Positions 1 to 14,500 of a stretch of DNA of 64,000 bases are shown one piece after another. The stretch spans positions 744,001 through 808,000 of the forward strand of contig OZ025790.1 in assembly GCA_964019425.1 (NCBI GenBank), given 5' to 3'. The position numbers and the translations under genes were made by a program. Every line of letters begins with the position of its first letter. The first letter of the stretch is position 1. The notes below the pieces were generated by a model. The model made no database searches. It worked only from the letters and a program-made list of their open reading frames with translations, and had not been told where the DNA came from. Source of the stretch: Flectonema sp. DT1601 (Eukaryota).

Positions 1-17
1 ACCCTCCATTGCAGCCA
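1..17 (-). repeat. Target-site duplication (partial, cut by window edge) at the 3' end of the 890-bp element
   Basis: accctccattgcagcca at 1-17 is identical to 911-927 and to the TSDs at 31556-31575 and 38226-38245. Confidence 0.9.
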
Positions 18-1454
<1,437 letters not shown>

Positions 1455-1469
1455 TTAAAGTAGAAATAA

Positions 1470-1502
1470 CTGAATCGGGGAGAGAGAGAGAGAGAGAGGA
1501 AA
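1470..1502 (-). promoter_or_regulatory. Polypyrimidine tract plus CAG 3' splice acceptor upstream of the protease ATG (possible SL trans-splice site); copy at 38788-38820
   Basis: - strand (TC)n CCCCGATTCAG|TTATTTC, about 33 nt before the ATG. Confidence 0.5.
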
Positions 1503-4500
1503 GAAATAATAAATATTAATAAAATAAAATAAAACAAAATACAACTTTATATCGATCCAGGAGGGACAAGTCAAGCGGAAGCTCCAGTGAAAGTCTGTAA
1601 ACTCGCTCTCTAAAACTCGACAACCCCAATGTCGGTGGCAGTCTTCATTTTTTAGAACATCCTGAGAAATAACTGAAATAACAAGTAAAGGAAACAATAA
1701 ATATCATATTAACACGTTAAGTCCCCTCTTCTTCTGAGATTCAAAACAACAATAAGTTAGTAGTGAAATAGTTAATATCGAGACGGAGTAGAAATTTAAT
1801 TTCGACGACGGAGTGGAACAGAAGATTAAAAACAAGTCGGAAGCCTCAGTGAATGACAAGGTAGTTGAATACAACATTTATTAATACAAATCAAACCGTC
1901 GGATGGAATGCTGCAATCAGTAAACAGTCACAGTCACTCCCCTCGGGGATCAAACAAATAGTCGAATCAATTCACAGGAATACATCTATGCTCGGACTTT
2001 AGCTTACACGCATGTGAATTAATTCACAACAGTTATTCACAAGACTATACTGCTTCTGTCAGTAGCGGTAGTTTAGAGCACAGCGTCTCGCAGTGTTCGC
2101 CCGGGAGCAATGCGGGCTACTAATTGCTTTGGTGCTGTTAGCTACTTATTTGTACCGAATTTTGAAATTGGATGAAAAAGCGAAGGGGAAAAGGGGAGGA
2201 GGGAGGAACAAGTCGAAGGAGGGAGACAAGTGATCAAGATATAGAGATATAACTCTGCCTGCTTGAAGAATCAGAAATTAAGACCTTTACTTATTTTCTG
2301 CTTTTAATTTATTCTTTTTTTCTTTTTTGTGTGGAAGTCTCCCCCCAGCGGTCTTTTCGGAAAGTGCGAACGAGACGATGGGCAAACAAAATAAAAAGGG
2401 GGAGAGAGAGAGAGATTGAAAAGAAGAAATAAAATATAATAAAACAGCCATACAACACCATCAGCTATAATTGTAGTTAGAGATAGGGATGTACCGATAT
2501 TACCAACAAATCGAAAAACTGTAGCAAAGCAGGAGCCACAAATGATAAAGATAAAGAGAACTGCTAAACAGACTCACCTTACTAATAGCCTAAGGCAATA
2601 CGTTAGGGTATCAAACCGTAACTTACGACTTACGAGTTTTTTGGGAAGCACGCCCTACGAATACAGTTGAGAAAACTGCTCGCAAGGAGAGCACCACTTT
2701 ATTTGTCACTCGATGACTAAAAACAAGAGAGAGACTAAGAACACCCGAAAAAAAATAGAGAAGGGGGGGGGGGGTGGGATGAGTGGAGGTGAGGGAAAAT
2801 GGGTTGGGATGAAAGGATCGTCCAAAAAATAAAAAATATTTTATCTTGTTTTCTAATTTTGATAATATAAAATAAAATCATACAAAATAACTTTTGTATG
2901 ATGTATATTAACAGAAATTCGGAAAGTCTAAAATATTCTTATAAAAAGAATCAACAATATAATAAAGTCATCAACACAAAGAGTCGATGAAATGGGTCAT
3001 CAGATCTTCTGTACGAAGATCCAAAACCTTATCTACTGAATTATTAATTAAATAGCAGGAAGACACCTGCTTACCGCAAGTAAAGTTATTTTTGGAAATC
3101 CAACGTTGTTGCTGCTTCATGAGAACTCTAGCGAGGGTAACTCACAGCGATAAGTAAGTTAGTTATGCAGAACAAAAACTGATCTGACTGCAAAAAATAA
3201 TAAAATAATATTAAAATAATAAAGAAATAAAAGAGGCTATCACCATGTAGTGGTATGGTCGCACCTAAACAAAAAAAAGAAAAAATTGTTTTTCTCTTTT
3301 TTTTCGTTTTTTTTTTTTTTTTTTTTTTTTTCGGTGATTCATATTCCCTACGTGGTGGAAAAAAAAGTATTATTGTTTTTGAAAATGAAAATAAAAAAAA
3401 GAAAAATTCAAGTGGAAGGAGGAAAAAGCTCTTTGAAGTCTACCGAACGCAGAGAATTCTTCTTTTTTTCAAGAACGGGATGCTGAGAAGTAAATAGAAC
3501 AGAGCTAATCACATGGTGCTCAAATCGTTCTCAAAATTAGAAGACGAACTATCGATCGCAATTGTTGACCTGAAGTTCCAAATGTTAGTTTTAAATAATT
3601 AAAAAAACTTTCCTTTTGCTCATTGCGAATATTACGCCGCTTTTTTGCGGCAATTAAAATTGCGTTGTTTTTTTCTCTTTGTTCTTCAACATTGAGTTTG
3701 TAATTTTTTCATTATTTTTTATCCATCTACCGGTTGAAGGTTGTTTTCCCTTCAATTTCAATGATTACTTCAATAGCACGGCTCAACCTCTTATGAGGAA
3801 GGAGGCAACCTTTTCAACACGAGACGGCTGAAAACGGACTGCCACCTTTTTTTTTCATGTTTTGTTTTATTCTACAAACTTCAACAAAAACAAAACGAAG
3901 AGCACTCACTGAGCAGGATGCGATCCTTTAAAGTCTTATCACTCAGTGAGGTCAGAAGGGAGAATGACATGCCCCTGAACAGGTTTTATAAATAAGTAAA
4001 ACAAAATAAATAAATTCATAACACAAGAAGAGCAATGATTGCGAAGAGAATGACGTTTATCATTTCTGAAGCTCTTCTTCAATCAGAAGAAAAGCTGATT
4101 TTACTGACACACAAGTACTACTAAAGTACGTCAGTAATCAGTTATTTCTTTCTTTCCTTCTTCCTCATTCTACGGGGGGGGAGAAGGGGGGGGGAGAGGG
4201 ACAACAAGAATAAGGGAAAGTGGGTACACCCAACAGTGGAGGATTACCAGAGCCAACTTCTAAAACGATTTTTCATAATCAACAACAACAACAACAACAA
4301 CACACTAGTTGTACACAACTAGAAAGAAATCGTCAAGACAACAAATAATAATAATAATGCAGACTCTATCCAGAAGATAAAGGTAACTATCCATCCAGTT
4401 ATGGGTTTACTCTAAAGTAAATTAAAAACATGACTGAAATCTACAACAGTATTCAACACCTATCAAGGCATCAGTAAGCAACATATAAAATAATCGAATA

Positions 4501-5560
4501 AGTGCTCTGAATGCGATGACGGAATACTGCTGCAGACACAACAGTAAATATAAAAAGAGAAGATTAACCCCCAAAGGGGAAATAAAAAAACAAAGTCATG
4601 CAGCGTTATGGAAGGGAAATAATATAAAAGATAAAAGAAAATACGAGGAAACATGGAATGACCACTGCTGAAGGAGATTACCCATCAACAGGTGGTCTCC
4701 ACTAAGAAGTCCCGTAGTCGATGACTTGGGAGTAAATTTCTACTGCGGAGCAAAACAATAATACAGCACCAGGAATTGTTCAAGGGCTAAGCGTATGCGA
4801 CAAGCAAGCAAACATAAAGTAGGATAACGTCCACGACCTACACAACAATCCTACTCAACTAGCGCACAGTGAGGTAAGCTCCTTTGTTGGGAAAATGGGA
4901 GTTGGTTGTAATAGAAGGAGTGAAGAAATATAATTAAAAAAGAAAAGCCAACGTAAAGAATAGAGGGGAAAATAAATACATAAGCACAAGCACTCAACTC
5001 ACTTCTTTACGAGCGTATCACTGACGACGACTATATTTCTGAGAAATAAATATCTTCGGTGATGTGCCATAACGAAGTATTTTCATTGCGGATTGTTACC
5101 TTCCCCCAACACCACCAATCCTAGTCCACAACACCAGCAGTCACTTTGGTGTGCAAATCATATGCAGTTCAGCAATGCTTGTTTTTATTATTTTCCCTTC
5201 TCTTCTTTTCCGAAGAGTTGTTTGTTTCAAAAAAAAAAATTAAAAAAAATATATTGTGTTGCGAAGATAAAAACTAGTCACTTTTTAACCCACTGCGATC
5301 AGTGACCAGTCTAATTATAGTTTTAGGGAAGAAGGGAATAGGGCATTCAAATAATTTGAAACAAAAAAAAAAAAAAAAAAAAAAAAAACAGTGAAAGAGT
5401 CTACTGGAAATAAAGGTACCGAGATCAGGGGATGGAAAGTGAATAGAATAATATTACAAATTGGTAAAACAACTTAATAATTATTTTTGATCCTTTTGAT
5501 TCCCCCCATCTTGACATATTTAAAAAGCGTTTGTCCCCAATGTTGATATTGTTATCGGAT

Positions 5561-8500
5561 TTAATCTTTCTTCGTGAGACCGAAGACACCATCCCAGTAT
5601 TGGTTCTTAACTTCTGGAAGTGGTGATCTTGGGCGATCAAATCCTCCCTGAGTTAGGGTACCGTACGCTGTTGAAAACAAAACGCCGTGAGCTCTGTTCT
5701 CCAACTGTGTTCTTGAACTATCTTCGTTGTAGAAGTTTGTGTAGAATTCACTCTCAACAGTCGAAACGTTATCCTTGTGTGTGTCTACGAACCCAACATC
5801 ACTTCCTTCACCACCAATGATTTCATTCCTATCAGCTGTGTGGTCATCCCGACTGATATCAATCATTCGATCCCAACAATCGACATCAAATAATTTATAT
5901 GTCGAACTCTTTAAGTCAACGTAATTGTTATCAACTAGTTGTCCATCTCTTTGAAGAATTGATAAAACGATTCCTGTGAGTTGTTGAAATTATTAATTCC
6001 AATTAATGAAAAAAAGGGAATCTGAAAAAGGATCCTAACCTACCAAACAAAGACATACCTGCGTTATTGTTAACCAGAACATCAGCACCATTGCCTCCAT
6101 TGATAATGTCACAAAGAGGACCACTCTTTGGTTCATCGTGATTGAAGCTGTCGGAACTCTCGTGATCTTCATCATCGTGATGAGAGTAACGTTTTTTGCG
6201 TTCATTCCAATCGTGATCATCATCGTCATGATGGTGTTCGTCGTCATGGTGATGCCACCAGCTGGTGTACTCATGGTGGTGACCTGTTTTTAATTTATTT
6301 CAAAACTCAACACGGATACAAAACTATTTTTTTGTTGAAAAATATTATCTCCAATCAGTTCCTTTTCAATTCCTCCTCACCTTCTCCCTTTTTTCAACCT
6401 CTCCCCACCCTCCTACCCTCCCTCTTGTGATTGGATTACTTCACACAAAAAGTTAATAAAAACATACCCTTATCATTGTACAAAACAAGGTTGCTGTATG
6501 GGTGTAGACCCTCGTCTCTGCCCTTCAACAACCCAAGCTTCTTCGCCGGGTTGAGTGCACGTTCCTTGATAGTGTCTTGAATATTACTCATGTACATATC
6601 TTGGACTACATCAATGTGTTGGAAGTCGTGTTCTGTAGTTGGGTCAGCATGTGCTCCCGCAAAAGTATTGACGAACAAGATTCCGTAGTCTCCGATCACC
6701 ACGTCGTCTCCGGCGTTTCCATTAAGCTCGTCGGATCCCCACTTCGTAAGCGGAAGGGCGTTCCATCTCTCGTTCGAACGATGTCCAAGCTCGTGGATGG
6801 CAAGAGCGTGTGAAGGAGAAAACACGTCAACGTGGCGCCTGAACTTGTACTCCAAGTCGTTGAACAGCTGAGTGAAGGTGTGCTTGTCGTGGTTGTCACT
6901 CGGGTAGTAGTGGTCAAAGTGATCATTGTGGTCATCTTGGTTAGCGTCGTGGTGGTCGCCGTTATGATTGTAATCCCTGTACTCAACCCACTCCCAGTCC
7001 CAACCGTTCCAGCGGTAGTGTCCTGTGTGCTCGTGTTGCCACTCTCCATGGTGATCGTGTGCAGGAGGATTCTTTGTCAGGGTCTTCGAAACTAACACCA
7101 AACCATCACCAACCAGAACATCGTTTCCGTTGTTTCCGCGCATCACATCATTCGACACCGAGAGCTCCACCGCAGGTGCGGCAACCCCGACATCGCTGTT
7201 AGCAACCAACGCCTCAACAATCGCGTGGTGGGCTTCGAATACTGCGTGTGCAGCGTCCGCCGCCAACACCGAGTAGTCGTACAAGACGTGCATCATACCC
7301 TTCACAACGATTTCCAAGTCATCCTCAACAATTTCGTCGTGGAAGATTACGTCTACGAACGACTGCATGTTGTCTCCAACCAGCAAATCGTTTCCATTTC
7401 CTCCGTTTACCACATCGTTTCCGATCACTACCTCCGCTGGAAGCGCGTATGTTCCTTGGTCCGACTCGTAGGTACGCAAGTCAGTAGACGCTCGGAGGAG
7501 GCGTTTCTGCAACTCAATCCAGCGCGCACCAGCTGAGTCGTGAATGCAGTCCAAAGCACCGATTCTTAGGTTCATCATCGCGTGGTGTGTCGCACTGTCT
7601 CCAACCACGATGTCGTTTCCGTCACCCCCGTTCAACACGTCGTTTCCGTACAACGCCCTCTGGTTACGCACCGCGTCTGGGATCATCGACACGTATCCCC
7701 TCATCGTGTGTGACTGGTCGTCCGTGCGCCTCACATCTGCTACCCCGACTGCCTCGTGCAGTTTCTCCAACGCAGTCGGCAACACGGTAGCCATTGCCGC
7801 CCCCTCGATGATTTGCATAGCCGCCGCACGGTTCGAAGACTCCGGCTTCAACGCGATTCCAACGTGCATCACCGTTCCGAATTCATCGACTTCCAGAGGA
7901 GGCGAGTTCGCCGCACTGTCCTCCACCGACAGCACTCGAATCACGTTCGACACCAGAGGCATGTCGGAGTCGTAGTGGTACACCGAAGACACATCGTCTC
8001 CGTACAGCAAGTCGTTTCCTCCCTCTCCCGACAGCACGTCGTCTCCACGCTGTCCGAACAGATAGTCGTCGCCGTCTCCACCGTTCAGCGTGTCGTGGCC
8101 GGCAGGCTTCAACCTCATGCCCGCAATCGCCGTCTCCCACTCACCGCTTGGAGCCGTCGCCTTCACCTTCTGCGATTCGAATGCGCCCATCGACACCAGC
8201 AGCTCGTTCCTGAAGAAGGTTGCGGCTTCGTCAGCTGTGAACGTGCTACTCTCCCACGTTGGCAGCCATCCGGTCACCGTCACCGGCTCTTCGAGAACAA
8301 CGTCACGGTGCCAGGCACCTGTCCTTTCGTTCAAACGCGGGCTTCCGCCGCTCCTCAACGATCGCACCACGTGCCCGACATCTCCGATCAGCACGTCCCG
8401 TCCTTCCCCGCCGTGCAGAACGTCGTCCCCGAGTTCACCGAACAGCTCGTCGTCTCCCTCCTGTCCGTGCAACGTGTCGTCTCCACGCTGACCGTGCAAG

Positions 8501-11500
8501 ATGTCATTACCTGCTCCACCATCGATGCTGTCATTCCCAGACACCTCGTCGACGTCATCGAACCTCTGGATAGTCCGCACCACGTCTGCGAACATTGCCG
8601 ATCCAGGGAACCGCTCCCACACCTTCTCGTGGTCGAATGGAGCTCCGTTCTCCATCGTTAACACAGTCCTGCTGATTACACCGTTGTCACCCAGCACCAC
8701 GTCTGATCCCTCTTCTCCGAAGATCGTGTCGTCGCTGTCCACTCCTCCCAGCACGTTGTGCCCCCCAGTGATGTCATCGTCGCCGTCCCCACCGTTGATC
8801 GTGTCCTTTCCTTGCTGTCCCATCAGGAAGTCATCCCCCTCCCCTCCGTTAATCGTGTCGTCTCCGGCACCGACATCCGACGACGTGAACAACGACAAGT
8901 ACGTCGACCCACCACCCTCGAAGGCTGCGTGGTCACCCATCACCACATCCGAACCGGCGTTCCCGTTGAGCACGTCGTTTCCGGTTCCTCCGAATACGTA
9001 GTCGTCACCTGACCCTCCGTTGATCACATCCGACGCACCAGCCAGTGGATCGATCGTTTCCGCGGACACCACCTTCAGTGTCGCTGCATTCACCTTTGCG
9101 ACAACCTGATCTCCCCACAACATATCCTGGCCATCCTCTCCGTCCAACGTGTCAGATCCTTGTTGCCCCGCCAAAAGATCATTACCAGCGCCTCCCTTTA
9201 AGTGATCCGCTCCACCATTCACGTCGTCTCCTGTCGACACCGATGTAAAGGTGAGCAGCTCGGTGGACCTTTCGAAGACCGCGAAGTCACCGAACGCGAC
9301 GTCGTGACCTGCTTCTCCCTCCAACACGTCGTCACCTTTTCCTCCGAACATCACGTCGTTGTCATCGCCACCGAACATCGTGTCCGCACCACCGGTCCCC
9401 TGCGACATTGGTTCCGCATGCGATACCAGTCCGGTGTTTCCCTGCTGCGTCTCGATCGACATGTGGTCTCCGAACATCCAGTCGTCTCCGGGGTTCCCCT
9501 TCAAGTTGTCTCCCCCGTTCCCGCCGACGATCACATCGCTGCCGGCCCCACCGGAAACCTCGTCCGCGCCTCCTCCGTACTGGTCCTCTGTAAACACCGA
9601 TTCCAACGTCACGCTGCCATCCGCCACAGCGGTGCCCCACCTCAGCTCCAAGTAGTCACCGAACAACACGTCGTTACCGACACCGCCTGCCAACTCGTCG
9701 TCTCCAGCCCCTCCGACCAGCACGTCCGCGCCGTCGTCTCCGTGAAGCTCATCTCCGCCACCCATCCCTGGATCTGTGGACACCGCGTGCACGTTGTTTC
9801 CATCGTGTGGAATTGTTATCTCTGCGAAGTCACCAAAGATCCAATCATCTCCTGCGTTTCCGTGCATGACGTCCGCCGCTGCACCACCAAAGAGAACGTC
9901 GTCGCCTTCATCACCGTTCAGGGTGTCCGCTCCTCCGGCCTGGTCATCTCCCGGGAACGCTGTTTTCATAGTCACATCTCCCTCCTTCGACTTGGTGTAC
10001 TCTGCGTGGTCTCCGAACACGAAGTCCCTTCCGGAATTTCCGCTTACTTCATCCGCAGCCGCACCACCGATGACCACGTCGTCCCCCTCGTTTCCAGAAA
10101 TCGTATCCCCTCCCCCGAGGGTCGCCTCCGTCGATTTCATCGTCACTCCCCCATCGACGATGTCCACCGAACCATGGTCCCCGAGGATCTTGTCGTCACC
10201 CGCACCACCAACGATGTCGTCTCCGCCTGCCCCTCCGAAGATGATGTCATCTCCATCCGATCCGGCAACCGTGTCGGCATCTCCGTTGCTTCCAGGGGTC
10301 TTGAAGACCGTGCGCATGTGGCGGTCTTCCGGACTTGTGTACGACCGCTTGATCTCTCCGCAGTCTCCGAACACCACATCATTACCTTCCCCACCGTCGA
10401 TGACGTCCCTGTCCGCACCTCCGAACACGGAATCGTCACCGGCTCCAGCGACAATCGTGTCGTTTCCACCGCTCACCGCCTGCTCCAGACACTTCAGCGT
10501 GTGCTCGTCCTTCTTGATCGACAACAGCACGTCTCCGTGATCCCCGAACACCACGTCGTTTCCGCTCGACGCGTCGATGTGGTCAGCACCCTGTCCACCG
10601 ATGATGAAGTCATCGCCTTCGTCACCGTTCAGTTTGTCGTCTCCTCCACAACCAGACTCGGTGTGCGTCGAGTGCAACACACGCTCGTCTTTCTTTGACT
10701 CATACAGACCGTGGTCCCCGACAATCACATCTGCCCCACCGTTTCCATCGATCACATCTCCTCCAGCACCTCCGAACACGTAATCGTCTCCAGCTCCCGC
10801 CGTGATTGTATCGTCGCCACCACTACACGACCCGAGTGTGATGAGTTTCGTAAGCTCCGCGCTCGGCGTCCACGCAACCTCCCCGAGGTCTCCGAAGATG
10901 TAGTCGTTCCCGCCCTCGCCGTCGACTTCGTCGTCTCCCTCACCCGCAACTACCACGTCGTCCCCTTCGCCAGCGAAGATCTTGTCCGCCGCACCGGCAT
11001 CCGATGTCGCCGGACCTGCCGATCCCTTCACGGTGAAGTCACCTGGATTAGTCGTCTCGTATTTCCCGTAGTCTCCGATGATGACGTCCCCACCGGCCCC
11101 TCCGTGGACCACGTCACCGCCTGCCCCAGCGAGTATCTTGTCGTCGCCTAGTCCACCGTCGATGACGTCGCTTCCCCCGCCCACCTGGTTTGCGTTGCGC
11201 AACCTCACCCAGTGTGACGATGGGTTCAAATGCACCTCTCCAGCGTCTCCGAACACGAAGTCATCTCCGTCTCCTCCATTGATGGTGTCCTCACCACCAC
11301 CTCCCAACAAGATGTCGTTCTCTTCGTCTCCGTTCAAGTGATCATCCTCCCCATCCGCCGCGTCACCAGTCGTGACGAGGTGGGTCAGCCCAGTCAGAGG
11401 CGTGCGAGTCATGATCCCGATGTCACCGAATACCACGTCCAACCCAGCGTTTCCGCTGATCGAGTCCGCGCCCCGTCCTCCGAATAGGATGTCGTCCCCC

Positions 11501-14500
11501 GCGCTTCCGTGGATGGTGTCATCCCCGCTCCCGGCAGTGGCCTCGCCGTCGAAGACCGTTTGCAAAACCAAGTCACCCGGCTGTGTAAACATCTTCCTCA
11601 CGCGTCCAAAGTCACCGAAGATGAAGTCGACTCCATCCTCCCCATCGATTACATCGTTGGCCGATCCTCCGAACACGATGTCGTCTCCGCCACCAGTCAG
11701 AATCTCGTCATTCCCGCCATCCGCCAGCGCAGGCGCAGTCGACTCGTACACCAACGAATCGGCCTCCTTCGAGATTACCACCGATCCGTGGTCTCCAAAC
11801 ACCGAATCGTCTCCTCCGCGCGTGCGGATGACGTCGTTGCTCTGACCCCCGAACACGTAGTCCTTCCCGTCCTGCACGTCTATTGTGTCACTTCCACCCT
11901 CCCCGCCCTCCGTGAAGATCGAGGTCATGTTGAACTCATCGCTGGCATTGCGCTGCACGAATCCGTGGTCTCCGAACACCACGTTGTTCCCGTTGCTTCC
12001 ATCGATGGTGTCGTTCCCGTATCCTCCGAAGACGATGTCGTCCGCGTCTCCTGCCGAGATGGTGTCCGCTCCGCCAGACAACGGAGCCAAGGATTCCAAC
12101 GTGTAGGTCCCGTTCTCGTGGTCGCGTACGTGACCGTGGTCCCCAAAGATCCAGTCACTTCCCTCGGCAACCGTGATCACGTCGTCTCCCTGACCTCCCA
12201 TGATGATGTGCCGGCCGTACGAACCCGTGATCGTGTCAGCTCCTCCCTCGCCATCGGAATCGGTGAAAGTCGACTTCACGTAGAGTCCTCCCACGTCGGG
12301 GTTGCTGCTGTCGTGCGTCGTCCGGTACACCTCTCCATGGTCCCCAAGCAAGATGTCTTCGCCGCTGCTACCGACCACCTCGTCGTCACCGAACCCACCA
12401 ATGATCACGTCGGTCTCCGACTCTCCGTACAGGTGGTCATTTCCTCCCGACAAGCTCGCAGTCGAACGGAGCGACCACGTGTCCGAAGTTGCTGGGTCGT
12501 CGCTGATGTCAATCTCACCCTGGTCACCGATGATGAAGTCCTTTCCGTCCCCTCCGTGCACCGTGTCCCCTCCTTGACCACCGATTATGATGTCGTCTCC
12601 CACCGATCCGCTGAGGACGTCGTCGCCCCCCTCTCCCGCGTCCCCAGTGTGCAGCGACTCGAATTTTCTCCATCCCCCAACCGCCGACCATTTGATCTGG
12701 TACCGACCATGGTCACCGAAGATCACGTCGTTGTGTTTTTCTCCCTTGATCGAATCCTTCCCAGTCCCTCCGAAAACCACGTCGTCTTCGTCCCCCGCGC
12801 TGATCTCGTCATCTCCACCGGTCGTCGGCGACGTCGAAGTCATGATCGTCAGTTCCTCGCTTTCCCTCACTTCGATCTCACCAAAGTCCCCGAAGATCCA
12901 ATCCTTCCCGGTGTGTCCGGTGATCACGTCCAACACCCCACCTCCTCCGAAGATGATGTCGTCACCGATGTCCCCGACCAGCACATCAGAGTCGTCCGCC
13001 GACTGGTCCGCCAACTCAAAAAGCACCGACCGGTACACGATGTCTCCCGGCACCGCGCTCGTGATCGCACCGTGGTCACCGAACAGAACGTCGTTTTCAC
13101 GCTCACCGTACACCTTGTCCTGACCAAACCCTCCAAACAAGTAATCCATTCCGTCTCCTCCCCGCAGGTCATCTGCCCCTCCTCCCGACGTCGCGTGAGT
13201 TGATTCCAAGTGGAACGACGTCGGTCCCAAGTTCACCAAACCGTGGTCCCCGAACAGCCAATCACGCCCTGCTCCACCGACAATCTTGTCAATTCCTTGT
13301 CCTCCGAACACGATGTCGTCTCCGTCGTGGGTCGTGATCACATCGTCGTCCCCGTGCTCCGCCTCCGTCAGTATCGACTCCCAGTGACCCTCCCCATGGG
13401 CTGCGCTGCTGAACTTTCCGTGGTCACCGAACACCGCGTCGTTGTGCTCGTTTCCGTCGATCGTGTCCTTCCCTTCGCACCCGAAGATGTAGTCGTCCTC
13501 ATCTCCTCCAACGAGCGTGTCGTTTGCCCCGCATCCGAGAATCGACTCCACCGATCGGAAGTCCAAACTTGGGGCCAGGGTTCCCTTCCCGTGGTCTCCG
13601 ATGATCCAATCCTTTCCGGTGAACCCTTCGATCACATCAGATCCGAACCCTCCGATCAGGACATCGTTTCCGTGCTCACCGTAGATCAGGTCCGCCCCCC
13701 CGTCTTCGCACGTGAACAACGACTCCATCGCCATGTCTCCAGGCTTCGCGCTCTCCACCGACCCGAAGTCCCCGAACACCACGTCGTCGTGCTTTCCAGC
13801 GTGGATCGTGTCAGCTCCCCGTCCACCGAAGATCACGTCGTCCTCGTCTCCTCCAGACAGCTGATCCCCAGCCCCGTGTCCCGGACTCGTCGACTCCATC
13901 TTGAAGTACTCGAGTGAACCGTCCAAGAGGGCCTTCCCGTAGTCTCCGAACATCCAATCCCGCCCAGCCCCTCCTTCGACCACGTCCGCCCCAGCGCCAC
14001 CGAAGATGATGTCGTGGCTCTCCCCTCCGTAGATCGTGTCCTTCGCCCCCGTCGCAGGAGGAAGCGGCTGGTCGACCACTTCGAACGACGCATCGTACAG
14101 CCGGCTCCCAGCCGAAATGCTCTCGTACCGTCCGAAGTCTCCAAACAACACGTCCTTGTGATCGCCTCCGTGGATCTCGTCCGAACCCGGCCCTCCAAAC
14201 ACGAGGTCGTTCCCCTCCCCTCCACCGAGGGTGTCTTCTCCCCCGTACTCGAGAAAAGTCGTCTCCGCAGTCGCGTAAGTCTTGCTCGGCGAAACTTCCA
14301 CCGCCCCTGAATCTCCAAACATCCAATCGTCACCGGCACCGCCGACGACGTTGTCTCCTCCCTGACCACCCACGAGGATGTCGTCATCGTCTTCTCCGAA
14401 CAGCGCGTCAGAGTCACCGGCAGCAGCCGCTGCTCCACCGGACACCGACCAGTACTTCCGATCTTCCCCAACCACCTCGAACTCACCGCAGTCTCCGAAC

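Noticed and set aside
1700..5550. Possible gene or ncRNA in the AT-rich spacer; palindromes such as TGTGAATTAATTCACA (~2013) and TCATACAAAA/TTTTGTATGA (~2878-2901); isolated splice-like motifs
   Set aside because: ORFs derive from homopolymer runs, no coherent exon chain or RNA-gene motif was found, and short inverted repeats are expected in AT-rich DNA.
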